DNA from: the human T2T-CHM13v2.0 reference genome, Homo sapiens
NCBI RefSeq assembly: GCF_009914755.1
Contig: NC_060933.1
Direction: 5' to 3' (one strand)
DNA length: 64,000 nt
The translations under genes were made by a program, and so were the position numbers. Shown here piece by piece: positions 13,096 to 23,900 of this stretch. Position 1 is the first letter of the stretch. Every line of letters starts with the position of its first letter. Below the pieces are notes generated by a model. The model did no database searches, was not told where the DNA came from, and saw only the letters and a program-made list of their open reading frames with translations.

Positions 13096-14945
13096 CAAAG
13101 TCTCAGGATACAAAATCAATGTGCAAAAATCACAAGCATTCCTTTATACCAACAATAGGCAAGCAGAGAGCCAAATCATGAATGAACTCCCATTCACAAT
13201 AACTACAAAGAGAATAAAATACCTAGGAATACAGCTAACAAGGGATGTGAAGGACTTCTTCAAGAAGAACTACAAACCACTGCTCAAGGAAATAAGAGAG
13301 GACACAAATAAATGGAAAAACATTCCATCCTCATGGATAGGAACAATCAATATCATGAAAATGGCCATACTGCCCATCAAACTACCATTGACATTATTTA
13401 CAGAATTAGAAAGAACTATTTTAAATTTCATATGGAATCAAAGAAGACCCCATATAGCCAAGATAATCCTAAGCAAAAACAACAAAGCTGGAGGCATGAC
13501 GCTACCTGACTTCAAACCATACTACAAGGTTACAGTAACCAAAACAGCATAGTACTGCACCAAAACAGATATATAGACCAATGGAACAGAACAGAGGCCT
13601 CAGAAATAACACCACACACCTACAATCATCTGATCTTTGACAAACCTGACAAAAACAAGCAATGGGGAAAGGATTCCCTATTTAATAAATGGTGCTGCAA
13701 AAACTGGCTAGCCATTTGCAGAAAACTGAAACTGGACCCCTTCCTTACACCTTATACAAAAATTAACTCAAGATGGATTGAAGACTTAAATGCAAGACCT
13801 AAAACAATAAAAACCCTAGAAGAAAACCTGGGCAATATCACTCAGGACATAGGCATGGGCAAAGACTTCATGACTAAAACACCAAAAGCAATAGCAACAA
13901 AAGCCAAAATTGACAAGTGGGATCTAATTAAACTAAAGAGACTCTGCACAGCAAAAGAAACTATCATCAGAGTGAACAGGCAACCTACAGAATGGGAGAA
14001 AATTTTTGCAATCTATCCATCTGACAAAGGGCTAATATCCAGAATCTACAAAGAACTTAAACAGATTTACAAGAAAGAAACAAACAGCCCCATCAAAAAG
14101 TAGGGAAAGGATATGAACAGACACTTCTCAGAAGAAGACATTTAGATAGCCAACAAACATATGAAAAAAAGATCATCATCACTGGTCATTAGAGAAATGC
14201 AAATCAAAACCACAATGAGATACCATCTCACACCAGTTAGAATGGCGATCATTAAAAAGTCAGAAAACGACAGATGCTGGAAAGGCTGTGGAGAAATAGG
14301 AATGCTTTTACACTGTTGGTGTGAGTGTAAATTAGTTCAACCATAGTGGAAGACAGTGTGGTGATTCCTCAAGGATCTAGAACCAGAAATATCATTTGAC
14401 CCAGCAATCCCATTACTCTGTATGTACCCAAAGGATTATAAATCCTTCTACTATAAAGACACATGCAAACATATGTTTACTGTGGCACTGTTCACAATAG
14501 CAAAGACTTGGAACCAACACAAATGCCCATGAATGATAGACTGGATAAAGAAAATGTGGCACATATACACCGTGGAATACTATGCAGCCATAAAAATGAA
14601 TGAGTTCATGTCCTTTGCAGGGGGACATGGATGAAGCTGGAAGCCATCATTCTCAGCAAACTAACACAAGAACAGAAAACCAAACACCACATGTTCTCAC
14701 TCCTAAGTGGGAGATGAACAATGAGAACACATGAACACAGGGAGAGGAACATCACACCCTGGGACCTGTCAGGGGGTAGGGGGGTAGGGGAGGGATAGCA
14801 TTAGGAGAAAAACCTAATGTAGATGATGGGTTGATGGGTGTAGCAAACCACCATGGCACATGTATATCTATGTTAAAAACCTGCATGTTCTGCACATGTA
14901 TCCCAGAACTTAAAATATAATAAAAATAATTTTTTAATAAAGAAA
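13096..14945 (+). mobile_element. 5'-truncated L1PA (L1PA8-like 5' part, L1PA7-like 3' end)
   Basis: ORF2 C-terminal peptides (13121..13552, 13855..14103); 3' UTR GGGAGGGATAGCATTAGGAG..GTAGATGATGGGTTGATGGGTG..CCCAGAACTTAAA; A-rich tail. Confidence 0.95.
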
Positions 14946-16678
14946 GAAAATGGCCATACTGCCCATCAAGCTACCATTGACATTCTTCACAGAATTAGAA
15001 AAAACCGTTTTGAATTTCATATGGAATCAAAGAAGACCCCATATAGCCAAGACAATCCTAAGCAAAAACAGCAAAGCTGGAGGCATCACACTACCTAACT
15101 TCAAACTATGCTACAAGGCTACAGTAACCAAAACAGCATGGTACTGGTACCAAAACAGATATGTAGACCAATGGAACAGAACGGAGGCCTCAGAAATAAC
15201 ACCACACATCTACAACCATCTGATCTTTGACAAACCTGATAAAAACAAGCAATGGAGAAAGGATCTCCTATTCAGTAAATTGTGCTGGGAAAACTGGCTA
15301 GCCATTTGCAGAAAACTGAAACTGGACCCCTTTCTTACACCTTATACAAAAATTAACTCAAGATGGATTAAAGATTTAAATGTAAAACCCCAAACCATAA
15401 AGCACCCTAGAAGAAAACCTATAAACCTAGGCAATACCTTTCAGGACATAGGCATGTGCAAAGACTTCATGACAAAAACGCCAAAAGCAATTGCAACAAT
15501 AGCCAAAATTGACAAATGGGATCTAACTAAACTAAAGAAAGAAAGTATCATCAGAGTGAGCAGGCAACCTACAGAATGGGAGAAAGGTTTTGCAACGTAC
15601 CCATCTGACAAAGGCCTAATATTCAGAATTTACAAGAACTTAAACATATTTAAAAGAAAAAAAAAACCAACCCCATCAAAAAGTGGGCAAAGGATATGAA
15701 CAAACACTTCTCAAAGGAAGACATTTATGCAGGCCTGGAAGCTCAGGGACCTCCACTTTGCCTCCATTAAACATTGCCTCCAACAAACATTAAAAAGAGC
15801 TCAACATCACTGATCATCAGAGAAATGCAAATCAAGACCACAATGAGATACCATCTCACGTCAGTCAGAATGGTGATTATTAAAAAGTTAGGAAACAATA
15901 GATGCTGGCTGGGCTAGGGAGAAATAGGAATGCTTTTACACTGTTGGTGGGAATGTAAATTGGTTCAACCATTGTGGAAAACAGTATGGCGATTCCTCAA
16001 GGATCTAGAACCAGAAATACCATTTGGCCCAGAAATCCCGTGACTGGGTATATACCCAAAGGAATATAAATCATTGTACTATAAAGACACATGCACATGT
16101 ATGTTTGCTGCAGCACTGTTTACAATAGCAAAGACATGGAACCAACCCAAATCAATGATAGACTGGATAAAGAAAATGTGGCACATACATACCATGGAAT
16201 ACTATGCAGCCATAAAAAGGAAGATCATGTCCTTTGCAGGGACATGGATGAAGCTAGAAGCCATCATCCTCAGAAAACTAACACAGGAACAGAAAACCAA
16301 ACACTGCCTTTTCTCACTCATAAGTGGGAGTTGAATACTCGGGAGGCTGAGGCAGGAGAATGGCATGAACCCAGGAGGCGGAGCCTACAGTGAGCCGAGA
16401 TCGCGCCACTGCACTGCAGCCTGGGTGACAGAGCAAGACTCCGCCTCAAAAAAAAAAAAAAAAAAAAAAAAGAACACATGGACACAGACAGGAGAACAAC
16501 ACACATCAGGGCCTGTTGGGGAGTAGGGGGTGAGGAGAGGAAACTTAGAGGATGGACCAATAGGTGCAGCAAACCACCATGGCACATGTATACCTGGGTA
16601 ACAAACCTGCACATTCTGCACATGTATCCCATTTTTTTAAGAATAAATAAATAAATACATTAAAAATTTTTTAAAAGG
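14946..16678 (+). mobile_element. L1PA8-like 3' segment in tandem with the preceding L1
   Basis: ORF 14950..15699 is L1 ORF2; 3' end AACTTAGAGGATGGACCAATAGGTGCAGC..TATCCCATTTTTTTAAGAATAAA. Possible outer TSD AAAGAACTTGC (13085) / AAATACCTTGC (16679). Confidence 0.95.
16336..16471 (+). mobile_element. 5'-truncated AluY-type right arm
   Basis: GGAGAATGGCATGAACCCAGGAGGCGGAGC..GATCGCGCCACTG followed by a pure A tail, inside the L1 3' UTR. Confidence 0.93.
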
Positions 16679-16774
16679 AAATACCTTGCAAGGTTTCCTT
16701 CTGTTTCATAGCAGCCTGCAACTGAGCAGGTTAAGGTGCTCATCCTATGGCTCTAGGAAGGGGGTCAGCTCTCT

Positions 16775-16960
16775 CCTGAGGTGCTGTGTGACCCCTGGTA
16801 AGTTAATTAGGCTCTCTGTACCTCAGCCTCCTCTGTAAAATGAGGGTGATAAGAATGCCTACCTCAAAGCTTTGTTCTGAAGATTCAATTAGCTACTATA
16901 TATAAACAGAGTGCTGGACACATAGCAGGTGCTACATAAATGCTTCCTGTCATTAGAGTG
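16775..16960 (+). mobile_element. MIR
   Basis: GCTGTGTGACCCCTGGTAAGTTAATT..CCTCAGCCTCCTCTGTAAAATGAGGGTGATAAGAATGCCTACCTCA. Confidence 0.85.
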
Positions 16961-17589
16961 ACTTTTGTCTGTACTTTCGGGTGTGGATGTGATTAGCTCT
17001 AAGAAGTGGAATAGGCCTAGACTTACCTTCCCTCCCTGCATGGTGCCCACTAGGGTCCTTGTCCCCATTTGTCACTCAGCCAGGGAGCCAGGTGCCCAGG
17101 TCTGCCTGCCTACATCCACAGAAGAGCCACCTTGGCCTGCCTGATCCCTGAGAAATGAGCCTCGGCTGCAGGTTTATCTCCTCCTGGGCAGTGGGCATCC
17201 TGGGCCAGCCTGAGGCTTCCTGGCCCCTCTTAAGCCTGCCCTGGGCAGATGCTCAGCTCACACCATGTAGAGGTTTCAGAGGGGGCAATGCCACTCTAGA
17301 CTTGGAACCCTAACCTGCTTCCAGCCTGGTCCTGCAGTGACCAGCAGGGCAGCATGACCGCCCCCTCCCCCAGGGCACCAGTCTTCACCTCCCCTGACAA
17401 TGATACCACCAAGTCCCAGGCAGTGTGGACAGACATGCTGATGTCACACAGTAGGCGCTCAAACAGGGCAGTCACAGACAGATGGGCTGCTGGAGTTTCT
17501 GAATCCTCCCCTGCCAGCTGTCCCTTCCCCTCCCATGTGTCCCCTCCCCCACCATTGTCCCCTCCGCCTGTGGGGAGTGACTGGTGGTT

Positions 17590-17720
17590 GTGTTTAAGTG
17601 AGTAATTTAGCCCCCGTTTAAGAAGAGGAAGCAATAATAACGGCTGTAATTGTCCAAATTACTGCTGCCCCTTCCAGTTTGACATCTGCCTAATGACGGC
17701 GGATGGAAACCTGACCCGTG
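17590..17720. promoter_or_regulatory. Candidate enhancer (homeodomain-motif island)
   Basis: Unique AT-rich patch with TAATTT, TAATTG, AATTAC and CTAATG, plus retained CpGs, in a GC-rich background. Motif evidence only. Confidence 0.45.
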
Positions 17721-18490
17721 GCCGCGGGTGGGTGGGTGGTGATGGCTGCTTGGAGCCGAGCGTCCAGTCCCCAAAGCTGGCAGAGGCCCTGCTGGCCTGT
17801 GCTGGAGGCTCCAGGGCTGGGGGCTTCAGTGCAGTGTCCATGGGTTCCTCTAGAATGAGTGTGAGGGACGGGCCTAATTCATCTCAGAGACTCAGAAACT
17901 AAAGCCCAGAGGGACAGCAACTGCCCCACAGCCACAGAAGGTGGCTGGACCAGGGGATGGGATGGAGATTGTTCACTGTTTGCCATTTGGTATTTTTCAC
18001 ATTTTGAACCAGGTACTGCATTATCGATCCAAAATTTAAAATAAACAAGACATTGCCTCTTCAGCTGAGGCTTGGATGGCTCCTGACAGTCAGAGACACC
18101 GGCTTTGATGTAAAAGTATCTAGTGGACAGCATGGGGCTCTGCTGTTGCCAAGGCCACTTGGCCAGCACCTCACTGTGAGGACACAGGGCATGAACACAG
18201 CCTCAATCTGTTGACCCTCCCCTCTGAAGGCTCTTAGGGCCAGCGGGCCCAGGAGCTCCTAGTCATGGGATTTCATGGACCTATCACTTTTTAAAAGTTA
18301 GGTCTGCTCACTCTGTGTCATCAAGGACAGACCCAATGGCCCTAACACGAACCCACTGCCATTTGTTATCTCCAAGCAGCAGAGCTCTCAGCATCAAGGA
18401 CTTTCTAAGAAAGGACCATGGTGATGGCTTTGTGACCTGCCTGGTATGAACCCAGCTCCACTGTTAAAGGACAGAGGGAGCGATTGGCTG

Positions 18491-18590
18491 TGGGCTGAGA
18501 AGTCAGGGTAGGGGGATGGGGTTTGGGCTGAGAAGTCAGGGTTGGGGGTGGGGTTTGGGCTGAGAAGTCGGGGTCGGGGGGTAGGGTTTG
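18491..18590. repeat. G-rich minisatellite, 3 x 32-33 bp
   Basis: TGGGCTGAGAAGTC(A/G)GGGT(N)GGGGG..GGGTT at 18491, 18524 and 18556. Confidence 0.92.
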
Positions 18591-19169
18591 CTGCAGGTGC
18601 AGCAGTTTCCAGCTACAATATCCTTGGGAAAGGCTCACTCTCAACCTCACAGCCACATCCCACAGGTCTTCTACAAGCTCAGGCTGTTGGGGACAAGGAG
18701 AGGATAAGGCAGCAGAGTTTATAGAGGATTGGGGCCCTCTCAGTCCTCCTCTGAAGGAGCGAGGAGCCCCACCTGCTCCCACTTACATAGTCGGGTTGCT
18801 TTGGGACGGCAAGGAGCTGAAACCATTGGCTTCTCAGGGGTCCCTAGAGGATCAGGGCCCATTGCTGGGGACCCCTGAAGATCAGGATCCCAATACTGAT
18901 CTGGCCCAGTGGGATAAGGCTCGCCATCAGGATTAGGACGGTACTAAAAAGCTGAAGAATATGCTGTTTCTTCCACTCCTGAGTGGCTCATAACAAATAT
19001 CCCTTCAGCTGCTTTTCTGGAAAACTCTGAGCTCTATATAGGCCCTTGCCTGGCATTGGGTCAGCTCTGTGCTATTGATCAAATGCTAGACCACTTCCAA
19101 TTTCCTTTTCCAAGAGGAGCTTCTTTTTCATTCATTTAGCAAGCACTTAATGTCTGTTGGCTGGGGGAT

Positions 19170-19350
19170 CATGCTGTGTGGGGTGGTGCAAAGAATCCTA
19201 GATTTCGAGGCAGATGCACACAGGTTTGAATCCAAAACCCTGTCCTTTTGACATCTTGAGCAGAGCTGTTCACTTCTTGTCCCTCAGTTTACTCCTCTTT
19301 AAAATGGGAATAATAATGCCGGTGTTGCGGGGTTGCCTTGAGGGCATGTT
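19170..19350 (+). mobile_element. MIR
   Basis: GGTTTGAATCC..CCCTCAGTTTACTCCTCTTTAAAATGGGAATAATAATGCC. Confidence 0.8.
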
Positions 19351-20379
19351 GTGTCACCCAGCCTCGCATGGGGCCTCGGGATCTTCCTGTAGGACCCTTG
19401 CCTCCAGCAGCTCCAGGCTTGAGGCCCCTCCTCTCCATGGGTCCATTCAACCCCTGCCCCTGGGGTTCCTTGCACATTATCTTACCCTTACATTTGGGGG
19501 CTGCCCCAGAGCTGTAGGGTAACAGGCTGATGGACTGAGAGGATCCCGACACCAAGGCAGTGGGTGGGCTGAACAGACCTGGGTGCTGGCTGAAGAGAGG
19601 GCACCAGGCCTGTGAGGATGAACGAGTCCCTTGCCCTGGACATTCAGACGGCTGGGGCCTTTGCTGGTGAGAGTCCTCAGCCCCAGCTCTGCGGTCCTCT
19701 CCCTACTTGTGGCCTCAGGTGGCCTGAGCCTCGGGTTCTCATGTGCGAGACTCCATTCCCCAACCACTGCAGACCTGGGAGAGAGGGAGGGAGGGGGCAA
19801 TGAAGGGGAGCGAGCTAAAATGTTAGTGAGCACCCACTAAGTGCCAGCCCCATTGTAAGGGGGTCTCACCGACCCCACACCGTACCAGAATGGGCCTCGA
19901 GTCACAGGTAGATTAGGCCCAGACCTCTGAGCATCTGTGTTACGGGACGATGCTCGGCACCGTGACGCTGTGACAAGCTGGGCGATCCTCAAACCTGGCT
20001 CAGGCAATTGGCCCACAGCCCTGCTAGGGGCAGCCTGAGGCGCCCACGTGGGGAGCTGGGCTGGAACTGCCACTGACCTGGTCCCGCTGGCTAAGTGTGC
20101 ACAGACACCAGCTCAGAGTGCCCCAGCAAGCCGCCAACGGCACCTGCAGGCATCTCCAGAATTCCTGCAGAGGAGGGGTTGGAGCTGACTCGGGTTGCAG
20201 AGGGGGCCCCAGGCTGTGCCTCCATTCCCGAGCTCTTCTCCGGCTTCCTCAAAGCAGCCACTTTTGCAGCCACTCGCTAAGAGCCCTGGGTCCTTCCTTC
20301 CGGCCTCACGGCAGTTGGGGCCTCGAAAAGAGCATAAAAATGTCTAGATGACAATCGTTCACCTTTATTATATACAGAG

Positions 20380-21280
20380 GCCCCTCATCTCCTGCCTCTC
20401 AGGAGCGCCCCTCCCCTGGACCTGCAGGGGCGTCCGCCGCCTCCGCGTTTATCTGCGGGGAGGAATGTCTGCGAGGCCGGCGGAACGGAGCCTCCTCCAC
20501 CCATCCATCACCGCCTGCCGAGCCCCTGACTGTGCCGGGCAGGCCAGGGTGCGCCTCTGGGAGGCCTAGCTTGGGGGGGCGCCGGAGGCCTGCTCCGCCA
20601 GTGCCCAGCCCCAGCAGGGGGGTTCGCGCAGCCTGACACCAGGGGCTCCTGGCCTTGGGCCAGGGTAGGCCCGGCCTGTCTCCTGGGAGCTGGGGGACTA
20701 GGATCCAGCACCCCAGTAGGGGAGGGACTGCTGCAAGAAAGGGCCGAGGGGAGACAGGTCTGGGGGGTCCAGAGCAGGGGCAGGCTGGAGACCAGCGGCG
20801 GCCGTTTGAGAGGGGCTGCAACATTGAAGGTGCAGGGCTTCCAGTGCCGGGGCCAGCTCAGCGTCCTCCCCTAGACAGGGTCCCACATACACCCACTTGG
20901 GGAGAGTACAGTGGAGTCAGTATCCATGCCTGCATTACTGTTTCTACACTGTTTTATACAAAAACATGAGTGGTTTTTCCATGGTTCCCATGTATTCTGA
21001 CTTTTCCAAGGCAATGCCTATGGGAGACGTGGTACAGTCACTCCCTGCTTTGTAAAGCGCTGCTGGGTCTCCTGGGAAACAGCAGCGTGCCTGGCACTAC
21101 GCAAGGCCCGCACAGCTGCGCCGTTGTTGTCACCAGCCGCAGTTCCCAGGTTGCACATGCCTAGAGAAGGTGTTGGCGGGACGCGGTTGCGCCTCTGACT
21201 TCCTTTAATTCCGACTTCTACTTGCGTCGTTGTGTAGGCGTCTGAGGGCCACCTGACGTCGTCTAGTGTCTCCACGCCTT
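20380..21280. promoter_or_regulatory. CpG-enriched patch (weak CpG island-like)
   Basis: Visible CpG density at 20430-20630 and 21170-21275, including the CRE-like TGACGTC at 21254. Confidence 0.4.
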
Positions 21281-21304
21281 GACACTTGTCTATTGAAATG
21301 CATC

Positions 21305-21628
21305 TTTTTTTTTTTTTGAGACGGAGTCTCGCTCTGTTGCCCATGCTGGAGTGCAGTGGCGCGATCTCCGCTCATTGCAACCTGCAACCTCTGCCTCCCG
21401 GGTTCAAGCGATTCATCTGCCTCAGCCTCCCGAGGAGCTGGGGCTACAGGCGCCTGCCACCATACCCGGCTAATTTTTGTATTTTTAGCTCGGCTAATTT
21501 TTGTATTTTTAGTAGAGACGGGGTTTCACTATATTGGCCAGACTGGTCTGGAACTCCTGACTTTGTGATCTGCCCCCCTCGGCCTCCCAAAGTGCTGGGA
21601 TTACAGGCATGAGTCACCGCGCCCAGCC
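21305..21628 (-). mobile_element. AluS (Sg-like) with two internal tandem duplications
   Basis: TSD TTGAAATGCA(T/C)CTTTT; duplicated TGCAACC and duplicated CGGCTAATTTTTGTATTTTTAG. Confidence 0.96.
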
Positions 21629-21944
21629 TTGAAATGCACCTTTTAAAAGGTTAAGTGTTAATTTCCTTTGCCTTCCTCAATTGCAGTTGAGGTATTATGT
21701 GGTAATCACAGGATGTCAGAAAATTCATCAGGAGGTGGGTGCTGGTTCTGACTGGGCAGGTGGGCAGGCTGAGGGGTCCACAAACTTCTCCCCTTTCCCT
21801 CCCACCACTTATGGGCTTGCAGCCTCCAGGGAGTCACTGTGCTCAGCTCACAGATCTCCCTTCCCAACTCCAACAGGAGCAGAGGAAGTGGGAGAGCCAC
21901 CTAGTGATGGTCCCACCCAGTGCGCACTCTTGCAGGCAGAGTAC

Positions 21945-22210
21945 TCACTCATTTACTAAACAAATATTTGGGCACCTGCTCTGTGCCAGGCCCTGCTCCA
22001 AGTAGCAGAGGTATATGTGAGCAAAACAATCGCAAGCTCTGAGCCCCTGAACTGATGTTCTGAGGAGGAAAGCCAAAAGGAGACATCTAGACAGAAAACA
22101 ATCCTTTTAAAGAGAGAGCAAGTTGAAGAAAGTCACACAAGTCATGGACCAGGAGGTCAAGAACTCTGGCTCAGGTGGCCCAGGAGGGCTTCCTGGGGAG
22201 GTGACATGGG
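21945..22210. mobile_element. L2 3' fragment
   Basis: ACTCATTTACTAAACAAATATTTGGGCACCTGCTCTGTGCCAGGCCCTG..GGAGGGCTTCCTGGGGAGGTGACAT. Confidence 0.75.
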
Positions 22211-22244
22211 TCAGAATCCTGTGACACAAGCCAGAGCCGGGACT

Positions 22245-22535
22245 CATACAGCATTGGGGGATGCAGCTGTTCTCCCCATGAGGCTGCCAGGCCAGGAATT
22301 CTGAAGTACTCCTGGCCTTTCACTCATGGGCATGAGGTGGCTGCCACAGCTCCAGACATCACATGTACACAGGACCGCAGCCAAAGGCAAGGACATGAAG
22401 TGTGTGTATCTGAGGCTGGAGGTGGCACCTGGAACAGCCTCTTTCATCTCCTTAGGCAGGATGAATCTCTTTCAGACACCTCCTCCAGAGGGAGTTTTTT
22501 CTACATTGTCTCACTGGCCAGAACTGCCTGCCCCT
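22245..22535. mobile_element. Old MaLR LTR fragment (MLT1J/K/L type)
   Basis: GAGGTGGCTGCCACAGCTCCAGACATCACAT..TCTCACTGGCCAGAACTG. Confidence 0.65.
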
Positions 22536-23214
22536 TTCCCACCCTCCTTGACTGGAAATTAAAGTGAGGGTCTGGCTCTCTTGCCCTTCCAGTGTGAGTG
22601 GGGAGTGGACGTGGGGCTGGCTGTAGGGGTGGACTGGACAGGCTTCTGGGCAGGACCTGTCAGAATCTGTGAGGCTTACCGCCAGGCATTTCCTAAAGGT
22701 ATCTGACTCTTTTTTTCTCCAAGAGCATCTCATAGGACCACGTTCTTGGGATCACTCCCCTGGGGAAACATTACTGAAAGTGGTAGGAGCCTCCTGCTGG
22801 TTCTTCTCAGGGGCCCAGCCCATTGGGGCCCAAGTTCGAGAAGAGTTCTCTTGAGTGCTGATGGCCTGGAGCCCAGGAGCCCAGGGAGAAACCCAGGAGC
22901 CCAGGGAGGAACTCAGGAGCCCAGGTAGGGCAGGTTCCGGGAAAGAGGTGGCCCCAGCAGATTCTCCAGATGTTTTTCACACATGTAATTGTGGTTGGAG
23001 AAGAAACAAAACACTTCACAGCTCTGAGGAAACCAGTCACAGATCTGATGGACTAGGATTAATGAAGTTCAATATCATTCCTATGGCTCCTATCCAGGGC
23101 TAGCAAATTACAGGTGAAACCAACTAAAACCACATTTCCTATGAGATGGAATGGATGGAATGGGATCAGCCCACTAGGCCAGGAGCTTCTCCAGGGTGGG
23201 AATTGAGCCTTGCT

Positions 23215-23900
23215 TTCCTCCCTCCCTCACTGGACTCTGGTCATGTTAGCTCGCCTTCTCACTGATCCTTGAATCCCCCAGGCTGATCTTGCCCCAGGGC
23301 TTTTGCAAGTGCTATTCCCTGGAGCACTCTTCCCCAGATGTCCATTCACAAAGCTCCTTTCCTCACCTCCTCAGGTCTTTGTTCTAAGCTCCTTGCTCAG
23401 GAAGCCCCCACCCCATCTCAACATGTCTCCCAGAATCTTGCACCCCATCAACCACCACCTTACCATCCAACATACGGTTCTCTGTCTTGTTTGCAGTCTC
23501 CACACAGAGCCTGGCAAATGGTACATGTTCAAGATTTCATTCATTCCTTTATCCATTCATTCAAGAAACACTGATTAGTGCTGACGGTGGGAGGTGGAGG
23601 TCATTAAAATCCCTCAAGAACCACTCAGTCTGCTGCGGAAGACAGACTTGTAAACAGACCATCATGAAGCCCTGCTGTAAGTGCTGGGAGTGGGGGCACA
23701 GGCTGATGAGAGACCCTGGAGGAGGCATCTGAGCCCCCCCTTGGATCGGGGGAGGACAGAGAAGCTGCCACGTGAAGCCCAGCTGAGCTGAAATGAACTG
23801 GACACCAATTTCGTGCAGAGATCTCTGCAGGGTGTCCAGGCCAGGAGGTGGGAGAGGATTTGGGGCATCAGGATCCTGCAGGGTATCCCCACAGTCTTGG
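23215..23900. mobile_element. Two tail-to-tail L2 fragments
   Basis: CCCCAGGGCTTTTGCAAGTGCTATTCCCTGG..CAGAGCCTGGCAAATGGTA, then TTCATTCATTC..AGACAGACTTGTAAACAGACC. Confidence 0.65.

Noticed and set aside
13096-16678. Simple tandem duplication, or two independent L1 insertions
   Set aside because: The different 3' UTR types argue against duplication. The shared private 30-bp deletion argues against independence.
22865-22925. CAGGAGCCCAGG short repeats and other micro-duplications (~40-80, 10608-10638, 43945-43970, 48820-48868, 55990-56032)
   Set aside because: Ordinary slippage products with no further signal.
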